From contig JNEM01011329.1 in assembly GCA_000697335.1 (NCBI GenBank), forward strand, positions 1-32,317: a stretch of DNA of 32,317 nt. Reading direction: 5' to 3'. A program made the position numbers and the translations under genes. Shown in pieces: positions 27,668-32,317 of this stretch. The number at the start of each line of letters is the position of its first letter. Positions within the stretch are counted from its first letter, which is position 1. This DNA comes from Conidiobolus incongruus B7586 (taxonomy: Eukaryota). The notes beneath the pieces were generated by a model. It was not told where the DNA came from. It did not search any database and saw only the letters and a list, made by a program, of their open reading frames with translations.

Positions 27668-28219
27668 TGTTATATCTCTAAGATTGGTAAGATGTACCAT
27701 TGCCAGCTCTATGATTTCATCTCAGTGGTTAGAGATATGGGTGCCTATGTGATCCACAGTTCTAGGGTCCAGGATGAGCAGTTAAGTTGTGATGGCTAGA
27801 TGGTTGGGTTGATCATACACAATTAATTGTAAATTAGGCAAATCAGAACAAATGAGGGCCATGCTATAAACTTATGCAACGATGAATAAAAGAGGCTATA
27901 GTAAGATTGGGTTTTATTAGTGTAATGGGTATGTTGAATAAAATAAATTGCAATCGGTTAAAGGATGGTTTTAGTAAAATGCTAGAATAGAGGTGTTACC
28001 CTTGGAAATGTTGGTTACAGATAAGAGGATAATTGATAATAGAAGTGTAATTTTGATTAGTAAACCAAAATCAAGCTTCGAGGATAGAAACCACAGGTGT
28101 ATTTAAAGGTATTTAGGAGTTTGCAAAAGTGTGGCTGTATAATTGTGTATGCTTGTAATAGTTCTCAGGACTAGTTCCTTGTTCTTTTTTATCTGAAGGA
28201 ACAGGATGTGATATCAACA
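27668..28219. mobile_element. Candidate solo LTR (about 550 nt)
   Basis: GC-richer non-coding island bounded by TGTTATATC...GATATCAACA (TG...CA with an imperfect terminal inverted repeat) and an internal TATA-like motif; no target-site duplication seen. Confidence 0.4.
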
Positions 28220-28515
28220 TTAATATATTTTAAAAATAGAACAATTTTATTATAATAAAGATATATTTATCTACTTCTGATCATTCACTTCAATAACACA
28301 ATATCACATATGATAATTGCAACACAAAGAAAAAAATTAGAAATTATTGATGAATTATAAAAATATTAAAAAACCAAACAAAATTCAAGAATATGCGAAC
28401 CAAAATAATAATCAAATTAATATATAAAAATATCAAATATATTAATAATATTAGCAAAATTATTAAATAATAGAATTTCAAAGGTTAAAATATATAATTT
28501 TAGCGTAAAAAGTAA

Positions 28516-30026
28516 TTATAATAGTTTATTAATTTCGGGAATTAATAAATCGGGTCTCATCATTAAATAAACCATATCCTCAGTACTTGTCATTTGATCC
28601 AATAATTTGGTACAGATATCAGAAGGATTGGGTACTTGAAGCGTCTATTAAATATCAATTAATTAATAATCCAATAATTAATAAATTTAAAAGTATTACC
28701 TCAAGAATAGGATATAATTTATATCCAATTTCTTCTTTTTGATCTTCTTCGCTTAGTTCATTCAATTTGCTAATAAATAATTCGCAATCTTGTAAAATTA
28801 ATAGCTATGAAAAGAATAGTATTATATTAATATTATCAATTAGTTTAGAAGAGTGTTAACTTACTTGAGGTGGAATTTCAACGTTATTAAATATAACTAG
28901 AGCTTTAGCTTCTAATATCTAAAAAGTAATAATTGAGTTAATTTATTAAAAGTGAGATGATAAATTGGATTACCTTTTCCTTCAATACTGTAGGGTATTT
29001 TAATAACAATTCGATATTTTTAGGACCCAATTGCTTCAAATAATCGATAATCATATCAATTTCTTTAATGGGGATTAAATCTAAATTTTCTATGGATGTT
29101 CTGAGAGAATTCTTTAGATTTTCAGGTAATGGAGGATGTGACACTAATATAAATCAATGAATATGACAGTTGAATATGTGTATATATCAATCAGTTAAGA
29201 TTACTTGGTGCTTCTGGATAACCTTCGGTATTCATGATATTATGTCGAATATTGGGTTGAATTTGCGACTGATAATCATCTTGGTCAGAATGTCTTGGTA
29301 AGTTGTTATTCAATGAATTTTGTAGTTTTTCGATGGATTTCATTCGGATTGCTGCGAGATCATCAAGTGTGTGGGAGCCGTCCATTTCATTGAATCCGGA
29401 TGATCGATTAGTGCTACCTACGTATAAACTTTGATGCCTCACATGTCTCCTCCTGGGATTGAAACTTGGATTGGGTAAATTATCTATAAAGTTGACATTA
29501 TTAATTGGTTGAGAGTGTGGATTTTGTGATATGGGTCTAATCGATGGTGAAGCTTCTGAGATTGGTTTAGGTGGATCAATTTTGAAATATTTTTCAGGTA
29601 ATTCATTAGGATTAGCCATCAAAACAGATCTAATGTAAAATAAATCAATCAGTAAGGAAATAAATATAATTATGATACAAATTTACATTTTACTTTTAAA
29701 TAAAATCTTATCATTCATCACTTCAACGGCCCTTTCAGCATATTCCAACTTTAAAAATCGAATAAATACTGTGATACCCGAATTTAATTCCGACTCATCA
29801 GAATATTGAATAAAATCCAAAATAGGACCAAATTCTCTAAAAATTTCATACAAATTAAAACTCAAGTTTAAATTAATTACTTTGATATAGTATTCCGGAA
29901 TATTTTTGAATAAATTAAAATCTTCCAAATCGGGCGATAATTTGAATAAAATATTTAACCCTTTAATTTTACTATTATTTAATATGGCATATGCTTTTTC
30001 AACTATAATATTGTGTTAATAATACC

Positions 30027-30060
<34 letters not shown>

Positions 30061-30394
30061 AAATTACCATCTTTTAAGCTTTGAAACTCGACACGGTGAG
30101 TTACACCATTAATAGGACTATCAAAAGAATAAACTCTAACAACAACAGCATTAAATCAAAGAATATATTAAAAATAATGATGATCTACCTCATAAAGTTA
30201 AACTTTTTAAATATGTTATTCAGTTCATTGATGGTAATTTCATTGGATAATTCTCTAATAAATAAATTTTCTTCACTGATAGATGGAGGTCGTTTAAATT
30301 TCATAGTTTTAAAATATGAGGTATTATTGTAGATTTCATTATTGTCAGTTGTATATAGTGATGTTGGTGAAGTACTAATTTGTGTTGAATTCAT
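28516..30394 (-). CDS. Rrm4-like RNA-binding protein (2 RRM, low-complexity linker, degenerate MLLE, C-terminal MLLE), 490 aa; exons 30394-30189, 30135-30068, 30002-29687, 29629-29205, 29143-28974, 28918-28865, 28804-28700, 28644-28516
   Basis: Seven GT-AG introns (53-65 nt) give an open 1473-nt CDS. RRM1 LFIREL...VEFQSLKDVEKAYAIL; RRM2 LYEIFREFGPI...FIRF...AERAVEVMN...KISV; MLLE/PABC-like LSEEDQKEEIGYKLYPILE...ICTKLLD and LLLKYPTVLKEKILEAKALV. Confidence 0.82.
30029..30056. repeat. (TA)14 microsatellite inside intron 2 of the RRM-MLLE gene
   Basis: Seen directly. Confidence 0.9.
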
Positions 30395-30718
30395 TTTATT
30401 GATTGATTTTCATCTTTCAATAGTTGCATTCACCAGATTGATCAATTATTTATTATTTCTATTTTAGGAATTAAATTTTATGGGACTGGTTTCAAATTGA
30501 TGCATTTTGTAATTTTAATCATTTGGTCTGTATTTTTCAAAATATTAAGTTATAAATCAAAAGAAAAATATATTCTCTAACTGATGCTTTAAATGCATAT
30601 CATATTATTGCGGCTACGCATAGATATAGTAATAATCCTTAAATCATTTTATAAAGTTATAAATCTTGGACAAAATGAGATATCCATAAGATGAATAAAT
30701 TCAAAAAATAAAATCAAT

Positions 30719-31171
30719 TCATTCGAACACAATTTTGAAATTTGCAATAGCTTCCTCATCCATTGTACATAGAATAATCACTTGCATCACAACTCCATCA
30801 CAAAAGTCATCAGTAATCAACTTTCTAAGACTTCCATTAAGAAGAGAGAGATGATCCTGAGGTTGACTATCATTATCCATTAATGAAATAGTATCCGAAT
30901 CAAAGGTAGCTAATTAATCATATTTGAATGTGATAACTGATGTATCCATTTCAGAGGTAAGCAATAATACTTTTCCATGTCTGTTGCCAGTAAACATATC
31001 AACACCAATTATGTTAGCTTCATCATCAGTGTTAGAAGTGCATATAACCTCAATCTTGCAAGATAAGCCTTGAAACACGACATAACCATTTAAGCTTGAA
31101 TCAGTACACGTTACCTTATAAGTCTAGGGAACCTATTTTGGAACTTCGTTAATGTCATAGGTATTTTCCAT
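30719..31171 (-). pseudogene. eIF5A-like pseudogene lacking the hypusine loop (151 codons including terminal stop, 3 internal stops, no frameshift, no intron)
   Basis: Translation MENTYDINEVPK*VP*TYKVTCTDSSLNGYVVFQGLSCKIEVICTSNTDDEANIIGVDMFTGNRHGKVLLLTSEMDTSVITFKYD*LATFDSDTISLMDNDSQPQDHLSLLNGSLRKLITDDFCDGVVMQVIILCTMDEEAIANFKIVFE* is collinear with eIF5A (TY...C....NG.VV....CKI; D.FTG; SLM; M.EE....FK). Confidence 0.85.
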
Positions 31172-32317
31172 TACTTTATCTAGCTGGAAAATCTAAACAA
31201 TTTTCTATCCTAAAACTGAATCACTTGGTATTTATGTTGGTATCTTTATTCCTCTGAATCCTGCCTATTCAAAACGATTTCATCCGTTCATATATCCGAT
31301 ATTTATAATTTGGGTGGGATTGCGAAGAGAATATACTAACTTAAATAACATCTCATTCCAAGTAATATCACACCTGCAAATCTACATCTTTTGTTCAAAA
31401 TTGAGTAATGTATGTTATTTAATATATAATTTATACAAATATTTCATGAATATTTAGCATTGTATAAAAGATTAGCTAAACGTGATTCTCAATTATTAAC
31501 TTTTTGAGTAATCACTAGAATATTTTGATCAATCACCTTATTTCCAAAGAATACAATCCAGATGATATGTACCATAATAATATAATGAATTAAATCAATA
31601 ATATCTAAAAACCTATTCTGTATAAAGAAACCAACCAATCTCACCTATAATACTCAATTAACTGCCATCATTTTTCATTCACTCTAATACAGACATTATT
31701 CAATTTAATATTGGTTGTTTTCTTAATTGCATTTGCAATTCAGTGGAATTAATGTAAAATCCAACTTTAAAAGGAAGTTTTAATTTCTGAAATTAATATC
31801 AATTAAGTGTAGAATCTAATTGATTACTTTTAAAATATAAAATTTTTCACAATGATACTACCAAAGATTAATTATAATTTTTATGAAATATTATGTTATT
31901 TTATTTTGATCAAGAATATAAACTATCTCAGTCATGTAGAATATTTAATTAAATATATGGTGAAGGTATTATTACTCCCAAATATTATTAAAAAAGTTTA
32001 TGCATTTTTAAAATAATAATTGCTATACAAAAGATAAGCCACATACAAGTAAAGAAATAAATTTATTTAATAAAAAAATATTAGATATTATAGAAACTTA
32101 TAATAAATATATTTTAAAAGAATTTTCAAAAATATTATATATAAATCTTAGTTAACTATTAAAATTATTAAAATATTAATAAAATTTAGGAAATATTTGA
32201 ATATTGAAAAATCTATATTAATATTAATAAAATATAGATAATAATTGATAGTATATATTAATTTACAAATGTGAGTTATAAAATTAAAATTTCTTATATA
32301 TTTATTTATAATTTCAA

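Noticed and set aside
30081..30332. 83-aa plus-strand ORF
   Set aside because: Antisense to exons 1-2 of the RRM-MLLE gene, with a TTG start
30719..31171. Stop-codon reassignment or readthrough to explain in-frame TAG/TAA in the eIF5A-like sequence and mariner
   Set aside because: Intact genes in the window end in TAG or TAA and have no internal stops, so the standard code applies

Overview
Very AT-rich eukaryotic DNA with short (50-71 nt) GT-AG introns. Gene content suggests an early-diverging fungus, possibly Zoopagomycota/Entomophthorales-like; the taxon is an inference. Intact genes: a Msg5/Pmp1-type dual-specificity MAPK phosphatase, the spliceosomal helicase PRP43 (2 exons), a tandem array of five intronless stand-alone C2-domain genes (copy 3 has a 1-nt frameshift just after its ATG), a 3-exon DUF4449/DUF5923 (HAM1-like) gene head-to-head with the array, and an 8-exon Rrm4-like RRM-RRM-MLLE(-MLLE) gene. 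Two features are invisible in the ORF track and were found by manual translation. (1) A full-length DD34D mariner transposase (11586-12619, minus) destroyed almost entirely by C>T/G>A transitions, a RIP-like signature. (2) An eIF5A-derived pseudogene (30719-31171, minus) whose hypusine loop is shortened and lacks the hypusinated lysine, resembling HEX-1. There are also a candidate solo LTR and several unidentified decayed coding fragments. Family assignments rest on motifs recalled from memory; no database searches were run.
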